NCBI GenBank assembly: GCA_017989575.1
Contig: JAGNPP010000001.1
Coordinates: forward strand, 1 to 32,078
DNA from: Chryseobacterium sp.
GTDB taxonomy: Bacteria; Bacteroidota; Bacteroidia; Flavobacteriales; Weeksellaceae
Reading direction: 5' to 3'
Length of the DNA stretch: 32,078 nucleotides
Positions 19,001 through 27,947 of this stretch are shown one piece after another (the first letter of the stretch is position 1; every line of letters begins with the position of its first letter). Under the pieces are notes generated by a model, which was not told the DNA's origin, made no database searches, and saw only the letters and a list, made by a program, of their open reading frames with translations. The translations under genes and the position numbers were made by a program.

Positions 19001-19073
19001 GTGATGGCTTGTACTAATTATTGAATTTGAAATAATACAGACCATTCTCACCACGAGGATGGTTTTTTATTTT
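18978..19073 (+). promoter_or_regulatory. Ribosome-mediated transcription attenuator
   Basis: 1:2 hairpin tcattatcgg-att-ccggtggtga (18978-19000); antiterminator gtggtgagtgatggcttgta (18994-19013) pairs with tacagaccattctcaccac (19036-19054); terminator accattctc-accac-gaggatggt (19041-19063) plus T tract. Confidence 0.88.
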
Positions 19074-19109
19074 CATCAATATAACAAACAAAAATAAAAT
19101 CGATACAAA

Positions 19110-20012
19110 ATGTATTACAATGACGACAGTGTTCTCTTTTTTGATGGGGAATATGTAAAAGCAAAAGATGCCAAGACCGATTTGTACGGTCAATCGTTAC
19201 ACTACGGCTATGCTGTTTTCGAAGGGATTAAATCTTATAAAACCGCAAACGGAACCAAGATTTTCAAAGCTGAAGAGCATTACGACAGACTGAGAAGGTC
19301 TGCCCAAACGATGATGATGCCTTTCGACTATTCTACCGAAGAAATGGTGGATGCAACGTACAAATTATTGGAAATTAATAATTTATCAAACGCATACATC
19401 CGTCCGCTGGTTATTTGTTCTCCAAATATGGCCTTGTCAAAAGGACAAAAAAGTTATCTCGTCATCGAGGTTTGGAATTGGGATAATGGTTATATGGCCA
19501 ATCAAATGAGAATTATGACATCATCATTTGAACGTCCAAATCCAAAGGCTTTCAAAGTTGAAGCAAAAGTAAGCGGTCATTATGTGAACTCGATTTTAGC
19601 TTGTCAGGAAGCTAAGGATAAAGGTTTTGATGAAGCTCTGGTTCTCGATGCGGACGGAAATGTAGCCGAAAGTTCTGGTGCCAATATCTTCTTCGAAAAA
19701 GACGGCAAACTTTTCACGCCTGCAAAAGGTAGTATTCTTCCCGGAATCACACGAGCGACAGTTTTCGAAATCTGCGACCAACTGGGAATTCCTTACGAGG
19801 AAAAACTCTTCAAACCGGAAGAAATGAAAGGCGCAGATGCCGGTTTTTTCTGTGGAACTGCAGCCGAGATTGTAGCATTGGGTTCTCTTGATGATGTTCC
19901 TTTCAAACTGAATTGGGAAGAGAGTTTAGCCTCCAAAGTCCAACAAGCTTACCGTCATTTGGTGTTAGAAGAAGATTATTCTTATTTAAAAACAGACTTG
20001 CAATATGTGTAA
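19110..20012 (+). CDS. ilvE: Branched-chain amino acid aminotransferase
   Basis: [19 protein letters not shown]-lysine region [28 protein letters not shown]. Confidence 0.96.
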   Translation: MYYNDDSVLFFDGEYVKAKDAKTDLYGQSLHYGYAVFEGIKSYKTANGTKIFKAEEHYDRLRRSAQTMMMPFDYSTEEMVDATYKLLEINNLSNAYIRPLVICSPNMALSKGQKSYLVIEVWNWDNGYMANQMRIMTSSFERPNPKAFKVEAKVSGHYVNSILACQEAKDKGFDEALVLDADGNVAESSGANIFFEKDGKLFTPAKGSILPGITRATVFEICDQLGIPYEEKLFKPEEMKGADAGFFCGTAAEIVALGSLDDVPFKLNWEESLASKVQQAYRHLVLEEDYSYLKTDLQYV

Positions 20013-21690
20013 CGTAGAACTTAATAAATATTCGAAAACGCTTACAAAAGACCCCACGCAACCAGCCACTCAGGCGATGTTTTACGGAATTGGTTTCGAA
20101 GAAGAAGATTTCGACAAAGCACAGATCGGGATCGCAAGTATGGGCTACGACGGCAACACTTGCAATATGCACCTGAATGGTCTTGCTGAGATTGTAAAAA
20201 AGGGAGTCAAAGAACAAAATTTAGTGGGATTGATGTTCCACACCATCGGAATCAGCGACGGAATGACCAACGGAACCGACGGAATGCGTTATTCGCTTGT
20301 AAGCCGTGACATCATCGCAGATTCTATCGAAGCGGTTTGCGCAGGACAATATTACGACGGACTGATTACCGTTCCGGGTTGCGACAAAAATATGCCGGGT
20401 TCTTTGATGGCGATGGCTAGATTGGATAGACCTTCAATTATGGTTTATGGCGGAAGTATTGCGCCTGGACATTACAAAGCTCAGGATTTGAACATCGTTT
20501 CAGCTTTCGAAGCTTTGGGAAATAAAATCGCAGGGAAAATTTCTGACGAAGACTTCAAAGGTGTGATAAAAAATTCCTGTCCAAGCGCCGGTGCGTGTGG
20601 CGGAATGTACACAGCAAACACAATGGCTTCCGCAATCGAAGCACTCGGAATGAGTTTGCCATATTCTTCATCTTATCCAGCTTTAAGCAAAGAGAAAAAG
20701 GAAGAATGCAAGTTCGCTGGTCATTATGTAAAAATCCTTTTGGAAAAAGACATCAAACCATCCGATATAATGACACCAAAAGCCTTCGAAAATGCTTTGA
20801 GATTAATTATGATTTTGGGTGGAAGTACCAATGCAGTTCTACATTTTATTGCAATCGCAAAATCAATTGGTTACGATTTGACTTTGGATGATTTCCAAAA
20901 AATCAGCGATGAAACACCATTTTTAGCTGACTTAAAACCAAGCGGAAAATATCTGATGGAAGACCTTCACAATGTTGGCGGTGTTCCTGCTGTGATGAAA
21001 TATCTATTGGATTTAGGCTTGCTTCACGGCGATTGCTTAACTGTAACTGGGAAAACCATTGCGGAAAATCTGGAACACGTCACTTCTATTATCGATAGAC
21101 AACAAAATATCATTCACGATATCAAAGACCCAATCAAAGCGACAGGTCATATCAGAATTCTGTACGGAAATCTTGCCGAGAAAGGCTCTGTTGCAAAGAT
21201 TACAGGCAAAGAAGGCGATTATTTCAAAGGAACAGCGATTGTTTTTGACGGTGAAAAAGAATTCATCAAAGGTATCGAAGACAAAAAGATCCAGGAAGGA
21301 AATGTCGTCGTCATCAAAAACGAAGGTCCAAAAGGCGCTCCCGGAATGCCGGAAATGCTCAAACCAACTTCAGCTTTGATGGGTTCTGGTCTCGGTAAAA
21401 ATGTAGCCTTGATTACAGATGGCAGATTTTCCGGAGGAACGCACGGTTTCGTTGTCGGTCATATCACGCCGGAAGCCTTTGCCGGAGGATTGATTGGCTT
21501 GATAAAAGATGGCGATGTGATAGAACTGGATGCTGACAAAAATACCATCAATGCACTTCTCTCAGACGAAGAAATTGCCAAAAGAAAAGCCGAGTTCCAA
21601 CAGCCGGATTATAAGGTGAAACGAGGCGTGCTTTACAAATATGCCAAGTCTGTCGCCGATGCATCACAAGGTTGCGTCACCGATTTGTAA
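20005..21690 (+). CDS. ilvD: Dihydroxy-acid dehydratase
   Basis: [64 protein letters not shown]; 8-nt overlap with ilvE. Confidence 0.97.
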   Translation: MCNVELNKYSKTLTKDPTQPATQAMFYGIGFEEEDFDKAQIGIASMGYDGNTCNMHLNGLAEIVKKGVKEQNLVGLMFHTIGISDGMTNGTDGMRYSLVSRDIIADSIEAVCAGQYYDGLITVPGCDKNMPGSLMAMARLDRPSIMVYGGSIAPGHYKAQDLNIVSAFEALGNKIAGKISDEDFKGVIKNSCPSAGACGGMYTANTMASAIEALGMSLPYSSSYPALSKEKKEECKFAGHYVKILLEKDIKPSDIMTPKAFENALRLIMILGGSTNAVLHFIAIAKSIGYDLTLDDFQKISDETPFLADLKPSGKYLMEDLHNVGGVPAVMKYLLDLGLLHGDCLTVTGKTIAENLEHVTSIIDRQQNIIHDIKDPIKATGHIRILYGNLAEKGSVAKITGKEGDYFKGTAIVFDGEKEFIKGIEDKKIQEGNVVVIKNEGPKGAPGMPEMLKPTSALMGSGLGKNVALITDGRFSGGTHGFVVGHITPEAFAGGLIGLIKDGDVIELDADKNTINALLSDEEIAKRKAEFQQPDYKVKRGVLYKYAKSVADASQGCVTDL

Positions 21691-21718
21691 AATTATAATG
21701 AATGAAATATTATTTTGG

Positions 21719-21850
21719 GCAGCTATTTCCGTCCTCCACTCCCAAACCTAACGGAGTGGTTCGACGAATTCAATCTTTTTTGCAGACGATTTCAGTTTAA
21801 ATATAACTTGATTAGCACGCAAAAAAGGATTTCCGTTCAGGCCGGGCTGC
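21719..21850 (+). repeat. Family A structured repeat, divergent copy 2, carrying a 28-nt insert (21746-21773)
   Basis: gcagctatttccgtcctccactcccaa[insert]tcttttttgc...gcaaaaaaggatttccgttcaggccgggctgc; flanked by a 14-bp perfect inverted repeat (21705-21718 / 21865-21878). Confidence 0.7.
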
Positions 21851-21884
21851 AATCGTATTGCGTTCCAAAATAATATTTTCAAAA

Positions 21885-22062
21885 AGAATCCGAAGGATTC
21901 AATATCAGTAGCCGTAGGTGAAACCTATGGAAGAAATGAAACAAAATCGTAACAGAACCTGAAGGGTTTAATATTAATAGCCGTAGGTGAAACCTATGGA
22001 AAAAATGAAATAAAATCAATCAGAACCCAAAGGGTTCAATATCAATAGTTAAAACTATGGTA
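21885..22062 (+). repeat. Family B double-hairpin repeat, three tandem copies
   Basis: Copies at 21885-21932, 21954-22001 and an internally deleted copy at 22022-22062; period 68-69 nt; the two linkers resemble each other. Confidence 0.88.
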
Positions 22063-22082
22063 GAAATAAAAAAACATTTAAA

Positions 22083-23825
22083 ATGAATGACACCATTTCA
22101 AAAATAGAAAACACAGAATCAGATTCTCAGAAAGCCATAGAAATCGCTGGTTCAAAAGCTGTTTTAGAAGCATTGTTGCAGGAAGATGTGCATACCATTT
22201 TCGGTTATCCGGGTGGTGCAATTATGCCAATCTATGATGCTTTATACGACTATTCCGACAAACTAAAACATATTTTGGTTCGTCACGAGCAAGGTGCAAT
22301 CCACGCAGCTCAGGGATTTGCGAGAACTTCCGGGAAAACGGGTGTTGTGTTTGCAACAAGTGGTCCTGGCGCCACCAATTTGGTGACAGGTTTGGCGGAT
22401 GCAATGATTGATAGTAATCCGATTGTTTGTATCACAGGTCAGGTTTTTGCCTCGCTTTTGGGAACAGATGCTTTTCAGGAAACGGATGTCATCAATATCA
22501 CAACACCAGTCACAAAATGGAATTATCAAGTCACTGATGCAACGGAAATTCCCGAAGCGATTGCCAAGGCATTTCACATCGCAAGCACAGGTCGTCCAGG
22601 TCCGGTTCTAATTGATATCACCAAAAATGCTCAAATGCAATTATTTGAATATTCAGGTTACAAAAAATGCAATCACATCCGAAGTTATCGTCCTGAACCG
22701 GAAATCAGGAACGAATATATCGAGCAGGCTGCAGAACTTATTAATCAAGCCAAAAAACCATTCGTTATTTTCGGACAAGGTGTGATTTTGGGACAAGCGG
22801 AAGAGGAATTCAAAGCGTTTATTGAAAAAACCAATCTTCCCGCAGCAGCAACTGTTATGGGATTAAGCGCCTTGGAAACAACTCATCCGTTACACGTGGG
22901 AATGTTGGGAATGCACGGCAATTACGCCCCAAATGTTATGACCAACGAATGCGATGTTCTGATTGCAGTCGGAATGCGTTTCGATGACCGGGTGACTGGA
23001 CGTCTGGATAAGTATGCGAAACAGGCTAAAATCATTCACCTTGATATTGACCCAGCCGAAATCGATAAAAATGTGAAAACCACAGTTCCGGTTTGGGGAA
23101 ATTGCAAAAAGACTTTACCAATGTTGACCGCACTTCTCAAAGAAAATGACCACTCAGCTTGGTTAAATGAATTCCGGGAGTTGGAAAAAGAAGAGATCAA
23201 AGAAGTCATTCAGGAGGAACTCGATCCATCAACTGAAGTGTTGACAATGGGAGAGGTCATCAAAGTGTTAAATGAACTAACAGATGGAGATGCAATTGTT
23301 GCGACAGATGTTGGTCAGCATCAGATGGTTGCAAGTAGGTATGCGAAGTTTAACCAATCAAAATCCTGGGTGACATCTGGCGGCTTGGGAACAATGGGAT
23401 TTGGTTTGCCAGCTGCAATCGGAGCTTGGTACGGGGCACCGGAAAAAACAGTGGTTGCTATTATCGGAGATGGCGGATTTCAAATGACGCTGCAGGAATT
23501 GGGAACGATTATGCAGTTCGGAGCTAAAGTCAAAATTATGATTCTCAACAACGAATTCCTGGGAATGGTGAGACAGTGGCAGCAATTGTTCAATGAGAGA
23601 CGCTATTCTTTCGTGAATATCACAAGCCCGGATTTTGTCGCAGTTGCCAAAGCTTACTACATTGATGGACAAAGGATTTCGGATAGAGAAGGTCTGAAAC
23701 CTGCCTTAGAAACAATGCTGAACCACGACGGCGCCTATCTTCTGGAAGTAATGGTGGGAAAAGAAAACAACGTATTCCCAATGGTAACGCAGGGTTCATC
23801 AGTTTCTGAAATTCGTTTAAAATAA
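22083..23825 (+). CDS. ilvB: Acetolactate synthase large subunit
   Basis: FGYPGGA, RHEQGA, TSGPGATN, GTDAFQE, GMLGMHG, RFDDRVTG, DVGQHQM, ThDP motif GDGGFQM...NN, GMVRQWQ. Confidence 0.97.
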   Translation: MNDTISKIENTESDSQKAIEIAGSKAVLEALLQEDVHTIFGYPGGAIMPIYDALYDYSDKLKHILVRHEQGAIHAAQGFARTSGKTGVVFATSGPGATNLVTGLADAMIDSNPIVCITGQVFASLLGTDAFQETDVINITTPVTKWNYQVTDATEIPEAIAKAFHIASTGRPGPVLIDITKNAQMQLFEYSGYKKCNHIRSYRPEPEIRNEYIEQAAELINQAKKPFVIFGQGVILGQAEEEFKAFIEKTNLPAAATVMGLSALETTHPLHVGMLGMHGNYAPNVMTNECDVLIAVGMRFDDRVTGRLDKYAKQAKIIHLDIDPAEIDKNVKTTVPVWGNCKKTLPMLTALLKENDHSAWLNEFRELEKEEIKEVIQEELDPSTEVLTMGEVIKVLNELTDGDAIVATDVGQHQMVASRYAKFNQSKSWVTSGGLGTMGFGLPAAIGAWYGAPEKTVVAIIGDGGFQMTLQELGTIMQFGAKVKIMILNNEFLGMVRQWQQLFNERRYSFVNITSPDFVAVAKAYYIDGQRISDREGLKPALETMLNHDGAYLLEVMVGKENNVFPMVTQGSSVSEIRLK

Positions 23826-23838
23826 ATTTCAATCAATA

Positions 23839-23887
23839 AGAACCCGAAAGGGTTCAATATCAGTAGCCGTAGGTGAAACCTATGGAA
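23839..23887 (+). repeat. Family B double-hairpin repeat, copy 5
   Basis: agaacccgaaagggttcaatatcagtagccgtaggtgaaacctatggaa between ilvB and ilvN. Confidence 0.9.
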
Positions 23888-23913
23888 TCAATTACGGAAT
23901 CAATAAAAAACAA

Positions 23914-24504
23914 ATGGAAAAACAAGAATTTACCATCACATTATACACCGAAAATTCTGTAGGATTAATCGGTAGAATATCAGGGATTTTCTCACGCAGA
24001 AAAATCAATATCGAGAGTCTGAATACATCACCTTCCGAAGTTGATGGCATTCACAGATTCACGATTGTCATTAATGAAAATGATGAGGTCGTAAGAAAAC
24101 TTTGCAGACAACTAGAGAAGCAGATTGACATTATGAAAGCCTACTTCAATACAGACGACGAGATTGTCTGGCAGGAACAGGCACTTTATAAAGTTCCTGC
24201 AAATGTCGTCACAGAAAAGGTTTACGTAGAAAGATTGCTTCGTCAATACGGCGCATCTACAGTTGTGATTCGTCAGGATTACATCGTTTTCGAAACAGCA
24301 GGACATCGTGAAGAAATAGACCGACTGACCGAAGAACTCAACAAATACGGTCTCATCGAATTTGTACGCGGCGCAAGAATCGCCATTATCAAAAACAGCA
24401 GAGGAATCCACGACAAAGTCCTCGAATTCGAAAAAAGAGAACCTTCCGCCGAAATCGTAGAAAACGAATTCCTGGACAAACGAGACGACGTTTTCACAAT
24501 GTAA
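23914..24504 (+). CDS. ilvN: Acetolactate synthase small (regulatory) subunit
   Basis: N-terminal ACT domain EN..GLIGRISGIFSRRKINIESL...QLEKQID; follows ilvB. Confidence 0.93.
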   Translation: MEKQEFTITLYTENSVGLIGRISGIFSRRKINIESLNTSPSEVDGIHRFTIVINENDEVVRKLCRQLEKQIDIMKAYFNTDDEIVWQEQALYKVPANVVTEKVYVERLLRQYGASTVVIRQDYIVFETAGHREEIDRLTEELNKYGLIEFVRGARIAIIKNSRGIHDKVLEFEKREPSAEIVENEFLDKRDDVFTM

Positions 24505-24632
24505 ATAAAAAAACTTATCTAAGCGTAAGCGCATTAGTGAATTTAAAACATCGAATTAAAAAAATCTTTGTGCGCTTTGTGTTCAAAATTCTAATCATTT
24601 ATCAATAATCATTTATCAACAATAAAAATATA

Positions 24633-26114
24633 ATGGCAAATTATTTCAATACATTATCACTCAGAGACCAGTTGCATCAGTTGGGACAGGCAGATTTTAT
24701 GGACAGTTCAGAGTTTTCTGACGGCGTTTCCGCTTTGAAAGGAAAGAAAATCGTAGTGGTAGGATGTGGCGCTCAAGGTCTGAATCAAGGTCTGAATCTG
24801 CGAGACAGCGGACTGGATATTTCCTACACATTGCGTCAGGAAGCCATCGACCAAAAGCGAGATTCCTGGAAAAATGCAACCGACAATAATTTCAAAGTCG
24901 GCACTTACGAAGAATTGATTCCGACAGCAGATTTGGTCATCAATTTGACACCCGACAAACAACATACTTCTGTAATCAATGCCGTTCAGCCTTTGATGAA
25001 AGAAGGCGCAACCTTATCCTATTCTCACGGTTTCAATATTGTGGAGGAAGGGATGCAAATCCGTAAAGATATCACGGTAATTATGGTCGCTCCAAAGTGT
25101 CCGGGTTCTGAAGTTCGTGCCGAATATCTGCGTGGCTTCGGTGTTCCGACTTTGATTGCCGTTCATCCCGAAAATGACCATCAAGGCAAAGGTTGGGCAG
25201 AAGCAAAAGCCTACTGTGTGGGAACTGGCGGTCACAAAGCCGGAGTTCTTAAATCATCATTTGTTGCAGAGGTGAAGTCCGATTTAATGGGTGAGCAAAC
25301 CATTTTGTGTGGACTTTTGCAAACCGGTTCTATCCTTTCGTTCGACAAAATGGTCGAGAAAGGAATCGATGCAGGTTACGCTTCCAAATTGGTTCAGTAC
25401 GGTGTTGAGGTCATTACAGAAGCTTTAAAACACGGTGGTGTGAGTGGAATGTTAGACAGACTTTCAAATCCTGCAAAACTCAAAGCTTTCGAATTGTCCG
25501 AGGAATTGAAAAACATTATGCGTCCACTTTTCCAAAAACATCAGGACGATATCATCTCCGGCGAATTTTCTAAAACAATGATGGAAGATTGGGCAAATGG
25601 CGATGCAAACTTATTGAAATGGAGAGCAGAAACAGGAGAAACAGCTTTCGAAAAAACACCTGCAGGCGATGTAAAAATCGATGAGCAGAAATATTTTGAT
25701 AATTATCTCTTGATGTCAGCATTCATCAGAGCCGGCGTTGAGTTGGCTTTCGAGACGATGGTCGAAGCTGGAATCAAACCGGAATCTGCTTATTATGAGT
25801 CACTTCACGAAACACCTTTGATTGCCAATACTATCGCAAGAAAAAAACTTTTCGAAATGAATCGTGTGATTTCCGACACCGCAGAATACGGCTGTTACCT
25901 TTTCGACCAAGCTTGCAAACCTTTGCTGGCGGATTTTATGAAGTCGGTGGACACAGATTTGGTCGGAAAAGACTTCAACGAAGGAAAAAATGCGTCGGTT
26001 GACAACGCCCAATTAGTTCACGTGAACGATATTTTGAGAAATCATCCCGTAGAAATTGTCGGCAGAAAACTACGTCAGGCAATGACCGCGATGAAGTCCA
26101 TCAAAACGGTTTAA
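24633..26114 (+). CDS. ilvC: Ketol-acid reductoisomerase, long (class II) form
   Basis: [51 protein letters not shown]; 493 aa. Confidence 0.97.
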   Translation: MANYFNTLSLRDQLHQLGQADFMDSSEFSDGVSALKGKKIVVVGCGAQGLNQGLNLRDSGLDISYTLRQEAIDQKRDSWKNATDNNFKVGTYEELIPTADLVINLTPDKQHTSVINAVQPLMKEGATLSYSHGFNIVEEGMQIRKDITVIMVAPKCPGSEVRAEYLRGFGVPTLIAVHPENDHQGKGWAEAKAYCVGTGGHKAGVLKSSFVAEVKSDLMGEQTILCGLLQTGSILSFDKMVEKGIDAGYASKLVQYGVEVITEALKHGGVSGMLDRLSNPAKLKAFELSEELKNIMRPLFQKHQDDIISGEFSKTMMEDWANGDANLLKWRAETGETAFEKTPAGDVKIDEQKYFDNYLLMSAFIRAGVELAFETMVEAGIKPESAYYESLHETPLIANTIARKKLFEMNRVISDTAEYGCYLFDQACKPLLADFMKSVDTDLVGKDFNEGKNASVDNAQLVHVNDILRNHPVEIVGRKLRQAMTAMKSIKTV

Positions 26115-26119
26115 AGTTT

Positions 26120-26253
26120 GGAGCTAATCCCGCTTTCCGCTATATCTTTTGCTCTTCGTTCCTCATCACAAAAGGATGCCGCTGCAAAACGAGGAATGAG
26201 TTTCGACGATTCAAATAAAAAAATATAAATTGAGAGTCAATCGGGGCTATGGG
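26120..26253 (+). repeat. Family A structured repeat, copy 3, carrying a 53-nt insert (26188-26240)
   Basis: ggagctaatcccgctttccgctatatcttttg...caaaaggatgccgctgcaa[insert]tcggggctatggg; copies 1 and 4 read caa-tcggggctatggg without interruption. Confidence 0.85.
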
Positions 26254-26290
26254 ATTTGTCATAAAATAAAGTTTGTTCCTAAATTCAAAT

Positions 26291-26370
26291 TTTGTCATTC
26301 CGTTGGAAATCTAACTCAATAATTTGACGAAGTCAATCTAAGACTGCTGAGATTCCTACATAATGACAAA
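26291..26370. repeat. Family C palindrome, copy 1, with a 28-nt insert (26309-26336)
   Basis: tttgtcattccgttggaa[insert]tct ... agattcctacataatgacaaa; removing the insert restores the ggaatct/agattcc pairing. Confidence 0.8.
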
Positions 26371-26477
26371 CTGAATTTTAAAATCTTTGATGAGTTTTAC
26401 GTCTTTGCGAACCTTAAAATTGTTTTCAATAAGATTATAAAAAAACTTTGCGCCCTTTGCGTTTAAAAATAAAAATA

Positions 26478-27947
26478 ATGTCAACCCAAATCATCCAAAT
26501 TTCAAATCTAAACTTCCAGTACGGCAACCAAGTCGTACTGAAAGATTTCGACTGGGAAATCTATTCCGGCGAATGTTGGATGTTAGGCGGATTAAGCGGA
26601 AGTGGGAAAACAACCTTAGCCAAAATCATTTCAGGAGAAATCAAGAATTTCGAAGGGAAAGTTGAGGTCAGTTTTGATGAAAATTCAAAGTTGCCAAAGA
26701 AAGTTTTGTATGTTTCCAATTGGTTTCAGTTCAGTAATCTGGAAGGCGACCGCAATTTTTATTATCAGCAACGTTATAATCAATTTGCTAAAAACGATAC
26801 GTTAACGGTTTTCGCAGAACTCAATCATTTCGGGAAAGAAGAAAATCTGGATTTCAAATTATTAGAATCTTATCTAAAACCATTTGGATTTGAAAATTTC
26901 AAAAACCAGCAATTGATAGAACTTTCCAGCGGCGAACACAAGAAATTACAATTGCTGAAAGCACTTTGGCTAAAACCTCAAGTTCTGATTATCGACCAGC
27001 CTTACACAGGATTAGATGTCAAATCGAGACAGTTTTTGAATCAGGCTTTTGATGATTTAATTCAAGAAAATGTCACATTGATTTTAATTAATAATGACGA
27101 TGAATTTCCAGAAAGTGTTCAATATTTTGTAGAAATAGAAAACGGAAAATTAGTTCATCAAAATTCTCCAAAAGACTTTTCCAAAGGCGAAGAAAGAACA
27201 CCAAAATCACTGCCTTTTTTTCTTCAAAACAATAATGGAAATCGTAGAGAGAACTTAATCAAATTAGAAAAAATCAATATTTCTTACGGCGAAAAACAGG
27301 TCCTGAAAAACATCGATTGGGAAGTGAATTCCGGAGAACAATGGCTGTTGCAAGGTCATAACGGTTCAGGAAAATCAACGTTGTTAAGCTTGTTAAATGG
27401 CGACCATCCGCAGGCTTATGCCAATGAAATTTATCTTTTCGGGCGAAAGCGGGGAAGCGGCGAAAGTATTTGGGACATCAAGGAAAAAATCGGAATGATT
27501 TCGCCCGAGTTACATTGGTATTTTGATATGAATGCGAATGTCGGACAAACGATTGCTTCCGGGTTTTTCGATTCGATGAGTTTGTATCAGAAACTGAGTT
27601 TTGACCAGCAACAACAGTTGGAGCAGATTCTTTATTTCTTCGATTTGAAAGATGATAAAAACAAAAAGTTGAGCACACTTCCTTTAGGAAAACAACGCTT
27701 GGCTTTACTCGCAAGAACCTTAATCAAAAAACCAAAACTTCTGATTCTGGATGAGCCTTGTCAGGGAATGGACAACGAGCAGACGCAATATTTCAATCAG
27801 GTTATTGATGATTTGGCCAATCAGGGACAATCGTTGGTTTATGTCGGACATTTTGAATCTCAATTACCAAAAAAACTCAGTCACAAACTCGTTCTGGAAA
27901 ACGGAATAATGAAAATTAAAATTAAAATCAAAGAATCTGTAATATAA
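26478..27947 (+). CDS. Twin-domain ABC ATPase (ModF-like), no membrane domain
   Basis: Two NBDs: GLSGSGKT/LSSGE/LIIDQP and GHNGSGKS/LPLGK/LILDEP; ModF-like GDHPQAYAN and RGSGESIWDIK. Start reassigned to ATG 26478 because TTG 26448 lies inside a repeat. Confidence 0.85.
   Translation: MSTQIIQISNLNFQYGNQVVLKDFDWEIYSGECWMLGGLSGSGKTTLAKIISGEIKNFEGKVEVSFDENSKLPKKVLYVSNWFQFSNLEGDRNFYYQQRYNQFAKNDTLTVFAELNHFGKEENLDFKLLESYLKPFGFENFKNQQLIELSSGEHKKLQLLKALWLKPQVLIIDQPYTGLDVKSRQFLNQAFDDLIQENVTLILINNDDEFPESVQYFVEIENGKLVHQNSPKDFSKGEERTPKSLPFFLQNNNGNRRENLIKLEKINISYGEKQVLKNIDWEVNSGEQWLLQGHNGSGKSTLLSLLNGDHPQAYANEIYLFGRKRGSGESIWDIKEKIGMISPELHWYFDMNANVGQTIASGFFDSMSLYQKLSFDQQQQLEQILYFFDLKDDKNKKLSTLPLGKQRLALLARTLIKKPKLLILDEPCQGMDNEQTQYFNQVIDDLANQGQSLVYVGHFESQLPKKLSHKLVLENGIMKIKIKIKESVI

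Noticed and set aside
21885-22062. Possible mini CRISPR array (48-nt repeats with 20-21 nt spacers)
   Set aside because: The two spacers resemble each other, the repeats diverge, solo copies occur at 18382 and 23839, and no cas genes are present. It is a tandem REP-like repeat.
24520-24590. Degenerate repeat between ilvN and ilvC (gcgcattag...ctttgtgcgctttgtgtt)
   Set aside because: It resembles the cassette tail ctttgcgccctttgcgtt but is too decayed to delimit.
26448-26477. TTG start for the ABC ATPase
   Set aside because: It lies in the repeat cassette tail shared with 31900-31929; ATG 26478 has an A-rich leader and fits the NBD start.
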